A stretch of 64,000 nucleotides of DNA from Tubulanus polymorphus (GCF_964204645.1 NC_134025.1:31476299-31540298); one strand, 5' to 3'. Positions 12,071-42,610 are shown, counted from the first letter of the stretch. Made by a program: numbers and translations. The notes: generated from the letters alone by a model not told the origin.

Positions 12071-13975
12071 TGACTTGAACTAACCCTAACCCTAGCTAGC
12101 TCAGCATCTCCCTACTAGACCACCGGTGCTGTAACCCTAGCTAGCTCAGCATCTCCCTACTAGACCACCGGTGCTGTAACCCTAGCTAGCTCAGCATCTC
12201 CCTACTAGACCACCGGTGCTGTAACCCTAGCTAGCGCAGCATCTCCCTACTAGACCACCGGTGCTGTAACCCTAGCTAGCTCAGCATCTCCCTACTAGAC
12301 CACCGGTGCTGTAACCCTAGCTAGCGCAGCATCTCCCTACTAGACCACCGGTGCTGTAACCTTAGCTAGCTCAGCATCTCCCTACTAGACCACCGGTGCT
12401 GTAACCCTAGCTAGCGCAGCATCTCCCTACTAGACCACCGGTGCTGTAACCCTAGCTAGCTCAGCATCTCCCTACTAGACCACCGGTGCTGTAACCCTAG
12501 CTAGCGCAGCATCTCCCTACTAGACCACCGGTGCTGTAACCCTAGCTAGCGCAGCATCTCCCTACTAGACCACCGGTGCTGTAACCCTAGCTAGCGCAAC
12601 ATCTCCCTACATGACCACCGGTGCTGTAACCCTAGCTAGCGCAGCATCTCCCTACATGACCACTGGTGCTGTAACCCTAGCTAGCTCAGCATCTCCCTAC
12701 TAGACCACCGGTGCTGTAACCCTAGCTAGCTCAGCATCTCCCTACTAGACCACCGGTGCTGTAACCCTAGCTAGCTCAGCATCTCCCTACTAGACCACCG
12801 GTGCTGTAACCCTAGCTAGCGCAGCATCTCCCTACTAGACCACCGGTGCTGTAACCCTAGCTAGCGCAGCATCTCCCTACATGACCACCGGTGCTGTAAC
12901 CCTAGCTAGCTCAGCATCTCCCTACTAGACCACCGGTGCTGTAACCCTAGCTAGCTCAGCATCTCCCTACTAGACCACCGGTGCTGTAACCCTAGCTAGC
13001 GCAGCATCTCCCTACTAGACCACCGGTGCTGTAACCCTAGCTAGCGCAGCATCTCCCTACATGACCACCGGTGCTGTAACCCTAGCTAGCTCAGCATCTC
13101 CCTACTAGACCACCGGTGCTGTAACCCTAGCTAGCTCAGCATCTCCCTACTAGACCACCGGTGCTGTAACCCTAGCTAGCTCAGCATCTCCCTACTAGAC
13201 CACCGGTGCTGTAACCCTAGCTAGCTCAGCATCTCCCTACTAGACCACCGGTGCTGTAACCCTAGCTAGCTCAGCATCTCCCTACATGACCACCGGTGCT
13301 GTAACCCTAGCTAGCTCAGCATCTCCCTACTAGACCACCGGTGCTGTAACCCTAGCTAGCGCAGCATCTCCCTACTAGACCACCGGTGCTGTAACCCTAG
13401 CTAGCTCAGCATCTCCCTACTAGACCACCGGTGCTGTAACCCTAGCTAGCTCAGCATCTCCCTACATGACCACCGGTGCTGTAACCCTAGCTAGCTCAGC
13501 ATCTCCCTACTAGACCACCGGTGCTGTAACCCTAGCTAGCGCAGCATCTCCCTACTAGACCACCGGTGCTGTAACCCTAGCTAGCTCAGCATCTCCCTAC
13601 TAGACCACCGGTGCTGTAACCCTAGCTAGCGCAGCATCTCCCTACTAGACCACCGGTGCTGTAACCCTAGCTAGCGCAGCATCTCCCTACTAGACCACCG
13701 GTGCTGTAACCCTAGCTAGCGCAGCATCTCCCTACTAGACCACCGGCGCTGTAACCCTAGCTAGCGCAGCATCTCCCTACTAGACCACCGGTGCTGTAAC
13801 CCTAGCTAGCGCAGCATCTCCCTACTAGACCACCGGTGCTGTAACCCTAGCTAGCGCAGCATCTCCCTACTAGACCACCGGTGCTGTAACCCTAGCTAGC
13901 GCAGCATCTCCCTACTAGACCACCGGCGCTGTAACCCTAGCTAGCGCAGCATCTCCCTACTAGACCACCGGTGCT
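12071..13975 (-). repeat. 45-bp minisatellite x42 built from a tRNA-type A-box plus telomere-like TAGGGTTA, ending at one B-box
   Basis: Unit TAACCCTAGCTAGC(T/G)CAGCATCTCCCTACTAGACCACCGGTGCTG from 12087. Minus strand reads GGTGGTCTAGTAGG...CTAGGGTTA; GTTCAAGTC at 12072-12080. Confidence 0.9.
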
Positions 13976-13980
13976 ATAAA

Positions 13981-14163
13981 TCTGGACGTCCTCATCCTCT
14001 GTGTAGGGTTATCTGGAAGTCCTCATCTTCTGTGAAGGGTTATCTGGAAGTCCTCATCCTCTGTGTAGGGTTATCTGGACATCCTCATCCTGTGTAGGGT
14101 TATCTGGACATCATCCTCTGTGTAGGGTTTTCTGGACATCCTCGTCCTCTGTGTAGGGTTATC
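13981..14163. repeat. ~31-bp degenerate tandem repeat x6, with further copies at 11900-11965
   Basis: Unit TCCTCATCCTCTGTGTAGGGTTATCTGGAAG; copies lie on both sides of the 45-bp array. Confidence 0.85.
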
Positions 14164-14485
14164 ACGTGACTAGGGTGCGGGGTAAATGCAGAAAACGACC
14201 ACAACTACTTGATTTATAAATATCTTTCTTTATATATTTATTTCTAAATCACTTCATTATAATCATTTCTCATTATTGATAAATTGTGAATAAATAAAAA
14301 AAATAGTTTTTAACGTTAACACAAGTTTACGAGGTAATAAATTCTCTGTTGGACGGAATATTACGATCCCTACTAGCGCCCCCTATCTACCTTCCTCCTG
14401 CGGTGTTCAATTAACACTAAAATATTTCATAGAATTTGTAAACAGTTAAAATTCATAACATTTCTTAAAAGACAATAACGAAACA

Positions 14486-15166
14486 GTGACTCCTAGTGAG
14501 TAGATGCAGAACTACGCCCACCAGTGACTCCTAGCGAGTAGATGTAGAACTACGCTCACCAGCGACTCCTAGTAAGTAGATGTAGAACTACTACCACCAG
14601 CGACTCCTAGTGAGTAGATGTAGAACTATGCTCACCAGCGACTCCTAGTGAGTAGATGTAGAACTATGCTCACCAGCGACTCCTAGTGAGTAGATGTAGA
14701 ACTACGCTCACCAGCGACTCCTAGTGAGTAGATGTAGAACTACGCTCACCAGCGACTCCTAGTGAGTAGAAGTAGAACTACTACCACCAGCGACCTCTAG
14801 TGAGTAGATGTAGAACTACGCTCACCAGCGACTCCTAGTGAGTAGATGTAGAACTACGCCCACCAGCGACTCCTAGCGAGTAGATGTAGAACTACTACCA
14901 CCAGCGACTCCTAGTTAGTAGATGTAGAACTACGCCCACCAGCGACTCCTAGTGAGTAGATGTAGAACTACGCCCACCAGCGACTCCTAGCGAGTAGATG
15001 TAGAACTACTACTACCAGCGACTCCTAGTTAGTAGATGTAGAACTACGCCCACCAGCGACTCCTAGCGAGTAGATGTAGAACTACTACTACCAGCGACTC
15101 CTAGTTAGTAGATGTAGAACTACGCCCACCAGCGACTCCTAGCGAGTAGATGTAGAACTACTACCA
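14486..15166. repeat. 38-bp minisatellite x~18 in the 3' UTR of the CEP126-like gene
   Basis: Unit GACTCCTAGTGAGTAGATGTAGAACTACGCTCACCAGC. Confidence 0.95.
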
Positions 15167-18100
15167 TCCTTTAAGATGTGGTTTATTATAGGTGGGTCTA
15201 TTGATACCAGATCTGTGATGTGTATTGTTAGTGTAGTGTTGTCCTGCAGCAGCTGTAGCTGATTCCTCTCTAACAGCACCAGCACCAGCAGCTGCACTCA
15301 GTGGTACATGTCCCCGGAAACCAGACTATAAATAGACAATACATGAATTAATGCATGCAGTGTAAGATGAGATGGGGGTAGGGGGCTGTGAGGGGTGAGG
15401 GGTTGAGGGGGGATAGTTACCTGTGGTCTCCACGCTGCTGCTGCTGCTGCATTGTGATGTGTAACTGGTGCAGTCTGTGAACCTCCTGCAGTTCCATTCA
15501 CTGTAATATAATAATATGCATGTTTTCAATATGTTCACCTACTAGAGGCGGTGGAGGGGGTCTGATAGACGGAGGGGAGAGATCAGTGGGCGATCTCAGA
15601 TACTTACATCTTAGTCTCTCATTCAGTCGATCTAATGACATCATTAACTGTTGTTCTTCTATTGACAACGTCGTAGGATCTAAAAATATACACACTAAAT
15701 TAACACCAGGTGGCGTGTTATGTTTACTGACCACTAGGTGGCGTGTTATGTTGCGCATATACCTCTATGCGGATGTTGTTGTTTAATTCTATTATAAACC
15801 TGCTGCTTGCGTTGAGCTTGATCCATCACTTTATTTATATCAACCTCGTTCATACTTTCGTTACTCAAAGTTTCAGCCGTTAAAAATGCAGCCATACTTT
15901 CACTCACTGTAATAAACACACAATAGATGGCGTTACCGGACGCTAAGAGGAGAAAGGAGTGAGAGATAATGGTTGATACTTACAGCCGTTTTTTGGAGTA
16001 ATTTCGGATTGTTTAATATTGCGTCTGTTATTAGATAAACTCCTGCCGTGTACGACGACCCCTCCACCTCCTCCTCCTCCGCTACGATCACTATTCAACA
16101 ATCGTAACTGTTGTTGCTGCGACGACGGGCGTTGTAATTCTGATCTGGTTGTATTAATCGGTGAATCTCTGTTTAAACAAGTTCGTACTTTATTCCACAA
16201 CCAGTTGATCTCGGCGTCAGTCGGTGTTTTATCTAAACGAATCATCGCACCACCAGCGTTACCGTGGTGATCTACCTCTGTTACTGTATCTCCGCTACCG
16301 TTTTCTATCTGATCGCGATACGTCTGCGAATAATGATCCATTTGACCTTTGTGAAGGTCGTGCGGAGGCGGACGATTAGTTTTACGATTACCGTGGTTAC
16401 CGTCTACGTTGATATCGACGAATGCGTTTCTAACGGCGATCGGAGGTTTGGTATCCGGGTAACCGCCGCGCCTGGTAACGGTATCCTGGTTACCGCCGCC
16501 GCGCCTGGTAACGGGAGCGCTGGATATTCTTGGTTTAGATTGCGGTGGTTTATTTAACGCGGAGCTGATCACACGAGCGGACACCGGACGAGCGTAACCG
16601 GGCGGCGCCGGTACGTGATTGACAACCGGTTTAGAATAATTAGATTTTAACGATATTGTATTCCTAGTCTGAGTGGGCGGAGTCTCTACCGGTTTGATTG
16701 ACGTTTCAACGGGTTCTTCAGTAATAATCTCCTCCTCGATATCTTCATAACTTTCATCATCGTCATCATCATCATCATCACTGTCTTCATAAACAAGATC
16801 AACAAAACGAACTGATTTCTTCTTCTGACGAACTTTCTATAAATATACAATTACACCAAATAAACGATCATTTCCAAAGTTTTAACTGTGAAACTGGGAT
16901 CCTGGGATCCTGGGACAAGTTGCACAGTCATGGCTTAAGTCCAATAGTGGTCTTAAATCTTAAGACTGGTCTTAAGTTGTAGAAGTTTGGCTATGAACTA
17001 AGTTTGTCTTAGAGATTGGTCTTAAATATAAGCCGTGTCTATGCAACCAGTCCCTGGATTCCCAACAAAATGTGGAACTGGGATTCAGAAAGAAACTGGG
17101 ATCCAGAATGAAACTGGGATCCAGAATGGAACTGTGATCCAGAATGGAACTAGAATCCTGTGTTTTTAGTGAGTTAACCCCTATAAATGAAGAATGATTG
17201 TTACCTTTTTTCTTGAAGCTTGTTTCAGTTGTAAGTTTTTCTTGTTTACGTCGATGCTGTCACGAACTTTATCTTTTTTTATCGCGTGATTTAAACTGAT
17301 TCCTTTAATAGACGGAACATTGTGATCTACTCCGTTCTCAGCTGCTATATCACTACGTTTTAATATTCCTTTCAGTGTTTGTTGTTTATCTGTTCCGGAG
17401 CCGCCCGAGGGCCCACCGCAGCCCGAGGACCCACTATTGTTATTATTAGTGGTGTATTCATTGCGTAATTTTACTAAGCTATCATCATTTAAAATCTGCA
17501 AAACCCTCGCAGCCGCAGTCCGGCTATCAGTGTTAGTCCCAGCCGCGGTCCGGCTATCAGTGTTAGTCCCAGCCGCAGTCCGGCTATCAGTGTTAGTCCC
17601 AGCCGCGGTCCGGCTAACAGTGTTAGTCCCAGCCGCAGTCCGGCTATCAGTGTTATTACCAGCTGCAGTCCGGCTATCAGTGTTATTACCAGCAGTCCGA
17701 GTATTAATATTTGTACCAGCCGCAGTCCGGCTATTCGTGTTAGTCCCAGCCGTAGTCCGGCTATTCGTGTTAGTCCCAGCTGGAGTCCGAATACTGGAAT
17801 CAGTCCTAGCCGCAGTCCGAGTACCGGTATTAGTCGGTGTTGCTATAGGAACTCGATCATTGATAACAGTATTACGATTGTTGCCGAAGTCGTAATCATG
17901 CTGCGGATTGTTGTGACTGTTGCCGGTGGCGATGTCGCTATCCTGCTCCGGGTGACGCGTTATTTTTGGACGGTCATCGTTTAAACTATCTTTACTCGAT
18001 AAACTATCATTATCATCTATCACCTCTTCATTATTCTCTTCATCATCATCAACACCTTGTATCTTATTGTCGTTGAGTATTTCAGTTGCTAAAGCGTCAT

Positions 18101-20558
18101 TGAATTGTTGTAGAGTTTGTTTCTGATGTTCGATCAACAGCTGCTGATGCTGCAGCTGCTGCTGATGCAGCTGATGTTCAAACAACTGACGACTGTTTGA
18201 TAGATTATTGTGACTTCGATTGAATAAATCCAGTAAATTGTGTCCCTGCTGCTGCTGCTGGTAGTCAGTCTGGTTTAATCTGTTTATCAGATACGCGTAT
18301 TTATTATTAGTCGATGCTGGAATAGTTTGTGCTTCTGAACGAGAACTAAATCCAAAATTATTATAACACGATCCGTTATAGTTAGAATCGTATCTGTTGT
18401 TGTGCGACGGTGATTGTTGTCTGTGTTGTGATGGCGACGGATGATGAGGCTGAGGGGACGGTTGTCTGATTGTTGGTTGAGGACTCCCTCTGATTGCCCT
18501 TAACGCATCTTCAACGGTAACTACAAAATAACAACATCAATACCAAGTTACTATTAAATTTAAATAGATCTTTACAAAAAAAAACTTATCTTTACATAGA
18601 AATTAGCTGATTTTCCACCTCTCATTAAGGCAATTTTAAACATAGCCTGGAGAAGTGGGCAGCATCCCCCTCCACTCCACTCCCCAGCAGGGAGGTATAC
18701 GTACTGTCATCTGGGTGCCACCCCCTCCCCCAGGGAGCTATATATGTACTGTTATCTGGGTGCCACCCCCTCCCCAGGGAGCTATATATGTACTGTTATC
18801 TGGGTGCCACCCCCTCCCCAGGGAGCTATATATGTACTGTTATCTGGGTGCCCCTTCCCCTAGGGAGCTATATATGTACTGTTATCTGGGTGCCACCCCC
18901 TCCCCAGGGAGCTATATATGTACTGTTATCTGGGTGCCCCTTCCCCTAGGGAGCTATATATGTAATGTCATCTGGGTGCCACCCCCTCCCCAGGGAGCTA
19001 TATATGTACTGTTATCTGGGTGCCCCTTCCCCTAGGGAGCTATATATGTACTGTTATCTGGGTGCCCCTTCCCCCAGGGAGCTATATATGTACTGTTATC
19101 TGGGTGCCATCTTTACAAAAAACTTACACTGAAATTGAGCTGATTAAGGTTATCTTAAACATAGAAGTGGGTTCCACCACCCCCTCCCATCCCCAGGGAT
19201 GTATTGGTGCTATCAGCCCCTCCCCCTCCCCCAGGGAGATATACTTACTGTTATCCTGTTGTATTTTCTGTTTATATTGTTTATTTTGTCGTTGGAATTT
19301 CTCCGTTGCTTCTTTCTGTCGTTCGCGACGTTTCGATAAAATCTCCTGACGTCTTTTTTCTTCTCGTTGTTGTTCTATTTTTTTCTTTATCGCGAGCGCT
19401 CTGAAGAATTACAAAACAATCAACATTATTTACAGCTAATTCCTCAGAAGAATTATGAGTTAGCAATTGACTTATAGAACATTGAATCATGACCTGTGTT
19501 AGAGTAGGAGACAGGGGACATTAGACGAGGGGGTCAGCGACGGGAGATGGAGGGTCTGGGACGTTAGACCAGGGGGTCAGCAACAGGAGATGGAGGGTCT
19601 GGGGCGTTAGACCAGGGGGTCAGCGACGGGAGATGGAGGGTCTGGGGCGTTAGACCAGGGGGTCAGCAACAGGAGATGGAGGGTCTGGGGCGTTAGACCA
19701 GGGGGTCAGCGACGGGAGATGGAGGGTCTGGGGCGTTAGACCAGGGGGTCAGCGACGGGAGATTGAGGGTCTGGGGTGTTAGACGAGGGGTTCAGCGACG
19801 GAAGATGGAGGGTCTGGGGTGTTAGACCAGGGGGTCAGCGACGGGAGATGGAGGGTCTGGGGCGTTAGACCAGGGGGTCAGCGACGGGAGATGGAGGGTC
19901 TGGGGTGTTAGACCAGGGGGTCAGCGACGGGAGATGGAGGGTCTGGGGCGTTAGACCAGGGGGTCAGCGACGGGAGATGGAGGGTCTGGGGTGTTAGACC
20001 AGGGGGTCAGCGACGGGAGATGGAGGGTCTGGGGAGTTAGACCAGGGGGTCAGCGACGGGAGATGGAGGGTCTGGGGAGTTAGACCAGGGGGTCAGCGAC
20101 GGGAGATGGAGGGTCTGGGGAGTTAGACCAGGGGGTCAGCGACGGGAGATGGAGGGTCTGGGACGTTAGACCAGGGGGTCAGCGACGGGAGATGGAGGGT
20201 CTGGGGCGTTAGACCAAGGGGTCAGCGACGGGAGATGGAGGGTCTGGGGTGTTAGACCAGGGGGTCAGCGACGGGAGATGGAGGGTCTGGGGCGTTAGAC
20301 CAAGGGGTCAGCGACGGGAGATGGAGGGTCTGGGGCGTTAGACCAGGGGGTCAGCGACGGGAGATGGAGGGTCTGGGGAGTTAGACCAGGGGGTCAGCGA
20401 CGGGAGATGGAGGGTCTGGGGTGGTTGTCAAGGATACCGATATCTTACCTTCTTCTTTTATTTGTCGCTGCTGAAAGTTCTCGATTTCTAGCAATTTTAT
20501 CGGTCAATTCCTCCACACGACCTTCAGGCAAAGTATACGTGACCTCTTCATTTTTCAT
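15161..20558 (-). CDS. CEP126: Centrosomal protein CEP126 (KIAA1377)-like, ~963 aa; start codon uncertain
   Basis: Exons (minus) 20574/20558-20449, 19400-19249, 18520-17205, 16836-15984, 15906-15763, 15679-15608, 15500-15421, 15325-15161; phases consistent. Motifs I recognise from the family: EKRRQEILSKRRERQKEATEKFQR, SLSSKDSL, LKGILKR, KVRDSIDV, TPTDAEINWLWNKVRTCL, VSESMAAFLTAE, LSIEEQQLMMSLDRLNERL. Confidence 0.8.
16912..17053. mobile_element. MITE-like element in a CEP126 intron
   Basis: GGACAAGTTGCACAGTCATGGCTTA ... TAAGCCGTGTCTATGCAACCAGTCC imperfect terminal inverted repeats. Confidence 0.55.
17509..17822 (-). repeat. Coding 30-bp tandem repeat (TAAGTNTDSR x~10) within the large CEP126 exon
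   Basis: Unit CAGCCGCAGTCCGGCTATCAGTGTTAGTCC, in frame in ORF 17181-18185. Confidence 0.9.
18700..19108. repeat. 41-45-bp minisatellite x~9 (intronic)
   Basis: Unit GGGAGCTATATATGTACTGTTATCTGGGTGCCACCCCCTCCCCA. Confidence 0.9.
19520..20421. repeat. 43-bp G-rich minisatellite x~21 (intronic)
   Basis: Unit GTTAGACCAGGGGGTCAGCGACGGGAGATGGAGGGTCTGGGGC. Confidence 0.95.
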
Positions 20559-20610
20559 CGCTTTATAGCGATTTCTGAATTTATTAAACGGTTAAAGATT
20601 CAAACAAACA

Positions 20611-21012
20611 CTGATACAGACTCCTCCGATCCGATACAGACTCCTCCGATCTGATACAGACTCCTCCGATCTGATACAGACTCCTCCGATCCGATACAGA
20701 CTCCTCCGATCTGATACAGACTCCTCCGATCTGATACAGACTCCTCCGATCTGATACAGACTCCTCCGATCTGATACAGACTCCTCCGATCTGATACAGA
20801 CTCCTCCGATCTGATACAGACTCCTCCGATCTGATACAGACTCCTCCGATCTGATACAGACTCCTCCGATCTGATACAGACTCCTCCGATCTGATACAGA
20901 CTCCTCCGATCTGATACAGACTCCTCCGATCTGATACAGACTCCTCCGATCTGATACAGACTCCTCCGATCTGATACAGACTCCTCCGATCTGATACAGA
21001 CTCCTCCAATCT
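20611..21012. repeat. 20-bp minisatellite x20
   Basis: Unit CTGATACAGACTCCTCCGAT, almost homogeneous. Confidence 0.95.
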
Positions 21013-23003
21013 GAGAATCTACTTCAATGGATCCAGCCAGTTTCAGATGGTCTGACTCCTCACTACTCTCAGTCAAGAGTCAAGACAACGTCTGTGACTG
21101 TAGCCTACCCCCAGGGTCCCTCTGACTGAGAGTGAAAGGAAAGCCCAAAAACCCACCAAACAACAACGAACAACCAATGCAAAGCAAAGGCAAAAAGTTA
21201 TATCAGAATTCAGAAAATCGACAAAAAAGACTATGACTAAAAAAAGAAAAGAGGCTGTTCTTTAAATTAAATTCCAAGTCTGTCGAGTTTTCGTTAGTTA
21301 AGACTCACACAGTCACACTACTCCTCACTGATTGATAGAGAATTTACAGATTTAAAACTCAGATGATAAATGTTTGTAAAGGATACGAATAAGGTGTGGA
21401 ATTCATGTTGGTCTCTACGTATTGACGTCATTGATTACCTCTCGACGCCGCCATGTTGTTTTGACAACCAGTCCTGATACTAAAATGAAAACTCATCCCT
21501 GAAACCGATCATTAGCTCATCGTCTAAAAACCAGCCGAATAATAATTAAAAACATCAAAAATATTGTTGCTGGAAAAACCTTGAAATTTTGATTGTTAAT
21601 TATCGTATTAAATTCATATTTGAATTGGATTGAACTGGTTCTCGAGTACGCGCGAAGCTGGCTCAACTGCCAGAGTACCGTTTCTTCTTGAGTAAATGCG
21701 TTTAAAGCTCCCGATGAATCGGGTAACTTTGTAACGCGACATTGGTTATAATTCCTAGTAGAAGAAAGAGACAATATAATTACAAAGATTCTGAACACGC
21801 CGAAAACAATTCATATGATAAAATATCATTCTCAATACGAAATTATAGATTAAATGGAGACACCAATAAATTATATTGAAAATATTTCAGCATAATGATC
21901 TGATTTCAGCATAATGAATGATCTGATTTCGTTTTTCTATTTATAAGTGGGTCTCAGGCACAGGATTGAGCCTAACTTATGGCGCAGAAAATTACTGAAA
22001 TTCTATCTTCAATTTTTGTATTGATGTTTGTTGTATTTCTGAAAGTGGATTCAAATAACGAGCATCTGCAAATCTAAAAAAAAAAACTGAAAATATACCG
22101 AGTACCTACATTGTATTATTGAGTCCAGGTTAACAGACACCCGATTCAAAATGTTATCTTCAACACTGTTTAAACTATTCAAATGCTCAGTGTTTCATCT
22201 CCATTACTGATAGTGGATTCAAATTCCCGTCAAACTAGAAACTGAATATTTACATGGTGATATCCAGTTAACGCCAATACCGACTAGCATCATAAAACGG
22301 CCAAGAGCAGCAGCGGGGCTTATCACTGCTGATCACAGTTAGTTCCATCGCAAGCGCGTAAGTTGAATGATATTTTCCAGGTTTTAGATTACATGGATCA
22401 TATTGACTCGTTAGTTGTTGGGATTAAGACCTCTAGGCTATGGGCTTCTGCTTAGTCGGGAGTCGAGCTGGGCGGTGGTTGCGAAATGTTTGACCATTTT
22501 CGGTGTGCCTGTAAAACAGCCTAAGATTTCAATATTACATATGGTCTTATGTTGATACCCTGTCCCGTACTAACAACTCACGTAACACGGTTCAAATGAG
22601 GCCAGCAGTTTATTACGACATGTTTGCCATCTATTGGAATTTTGTTGAACTATCAAATTTCCATATCGACAATAGCAAAGCTTGCAAGTTGAAGCAGATT
22701 TCTCATGCGCCATCTATCGGAAATGTGGAACTCTGCCATAATAAATCGGGGTCGTTCCAGGTTCGAACCTTATAATTACTGACGCCAATTCACTATTCAA
22801 CTTCATATTTGAGGTTCACGTACCGTTTCACCAGAGGCAATAATTTAACAAATAAAACAAATTTTATCTCAAAAATATTTTAATATTGTTTAATAATGAT
22901 ATTTATATTCATTGATAAAATGTGATGAAACATCTGCAGTAGATTACACACGGCAGGGAGAAACCAGCCCTGGAAAGTGAGGAATCACCGCCATAGTCGA
23001 GTA

Positions 23004-40797
<17,794 letters not shown>

Positions 40798-41189
40798 CTT
40801 ACACAACGAGGTCTCGTTTTTTTCTGCGTTTAACCTTCACTTTGTTGTTATAGATAGGTAATGAAAACACGCTAGGAGTTTCTGCTGAACTTTTTAAAAC
40901 TTATTGTATCCTGGTTGTACGTATCATAATCATATCATCAATAATCCTTCTTCATACTTAGCGTTGTAATAATCCTAGAGGTAAAGAGAGAGAGAGAGAG
41001 ATGGAGGAGATGTGTATCCAGTATCAGCGGCTGTAACCGAGTGAGAAGCTGTATGAAGTCGGGTCGATCAAAGAATTTATCGTTCGTCTGGTTTCGCGTC
41101 GGCTGCCTGGAATTTCCGCTTAACATCAATATAAACAAACTTTGTTAATTAATCATTGAGTCGCTGAGTCGCGGAAAGACTTTTGGAGC

Positions 41190-41372
41190 TGTTCAGTTCA
41201 GCAATAGTTCAGCAATAGATCAGCTCTACGTTCAGCACTAGTTCAGCACTAGTTCAGCACTAGATCAGCTCTATGTTCAGCACTAGTTCAGCACTAGATC
41301 AGCTCTACGTTCAGCACTAGTTCAGCACTAGATCAGCTCTACGTTCAGCACTAGTTCAGCACTAGTTCAGCT
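41190..41372. repeat. 11-bp-based repeat (GTTCAGCACTA) upstream of the GPCR start
   Basis: About 16 units with GATCAGCTCTAC variants. Confidence 0.85.
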
Positions 41373-42337
41373 CTGAATCACGTTGAGTTTGTCCAAGCAG
41401 GATCAGTGGTTCAAGCACTGATTCAGCTCCCAGTCAACTCCAGTCAGAACGGCGTCTTACAATATCTTATACTTGTGTCTTCGCAATGACTCGCTGTATA
41501 TATTCATACATATAGTGTGTAAGTGATCGGGTATTTTATCTGGTTATTCGGTGACTCCTACAGATAAGACTGAAAGGTTCAGAGTTAACTCTTAGTTGTA
41601 GATCTGACCCAGCTCGCGATCCGGTTCAAATTACAGTTACTAATTCAATTACCCGGATCAAAGCTAACATTTCCTAATTGATATAGAAATTATTTGAAAA
41701 CAATATGATCGTCAATTTATAGTTAATTTAGCTTATCTTGTCCAATATGGGGCAGGTCAAACTCGACGCTCTCAATAGACATCTAGTCACGCATATTCAG
41801 AACTCCAAATAACACTGAACATTTTAAATTCGTCAATATAAAAGAATTGAGTTTTCAAGACACAAAACAGTTTCTAGTTATTATAATTCTTTTATTCACG
41901 AAGTTCCTTAATTTTCATATAATTTTGCATTTGAATTCACCAACCGATAGATGGCGAGTGTGTGTTTATAGAGACGACTGTAGCTAACGCGCACCTGTGC
42001 CTGGTGTACAACTCGTTTATTCGTAGTTCAGTCGAAAATCGATAGATGGCATGTTCGCTTAGAGACGACTATTTTTACAGAATATAGAAGTAATCAATTT
42101 ATAAACAAGTCTAATTATTGATTAAATTATTCCTTAAAGTAAAGACAACAAGACGGTTATCATTGTTCTTCCACTATTTTTTTCTTTTCTTCAGAAATGT
42201 CATATCGAAAGTAATCAATTAATATATCTTATAACTAATTAGATAAATGAAACAAGTTTCCCTAAAGTGAATAAATCAAAACGGTTATCATTGTTTTTAC
42301 ACAATCATTTAAAATCCTGAACAATGAGAAAGATAAA

Positions 42338-42610
42338 TTCCTCTTGTATGGGTTTAATTCCTCTGGTACGGTTTGAACTCCTCTGGTATGGGTTTGAACT
42401 CCTCTGGTATGGGTTTGAACTCCTCTGGTATGGGTTTAATTCCTCTGGTATGGGTTTGAACTCCTTTGGTATGGGTTTGAACTCCTCTGGTATGAGTTTG
42501 AACTCCTCTGGTATGGGTTTGAACTCCTCTGGTATGGGTTTAATTCCTCTGGTATGGGTTTGAACTCCTCTGGTATGGGTTTGAACTCCTCTGGTATGGG
42601 TATCAATTCC
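42338..42610. repeat. 21-bp minisatellite x~13
   Basis: Unit TTGAACTCCTCTGGTATGGGT. Confidence 0.9.

Noticed and set aside
12087-13975. CRISPR-like regular array
   Set aside because: Units are contiguous with no unique spacers, there are no cas genes, and the context is eukaryotic.
20584-21076. ORFs of 141 and 158 aa
   Set aside because: Translation of the 20-bp minisatellite.
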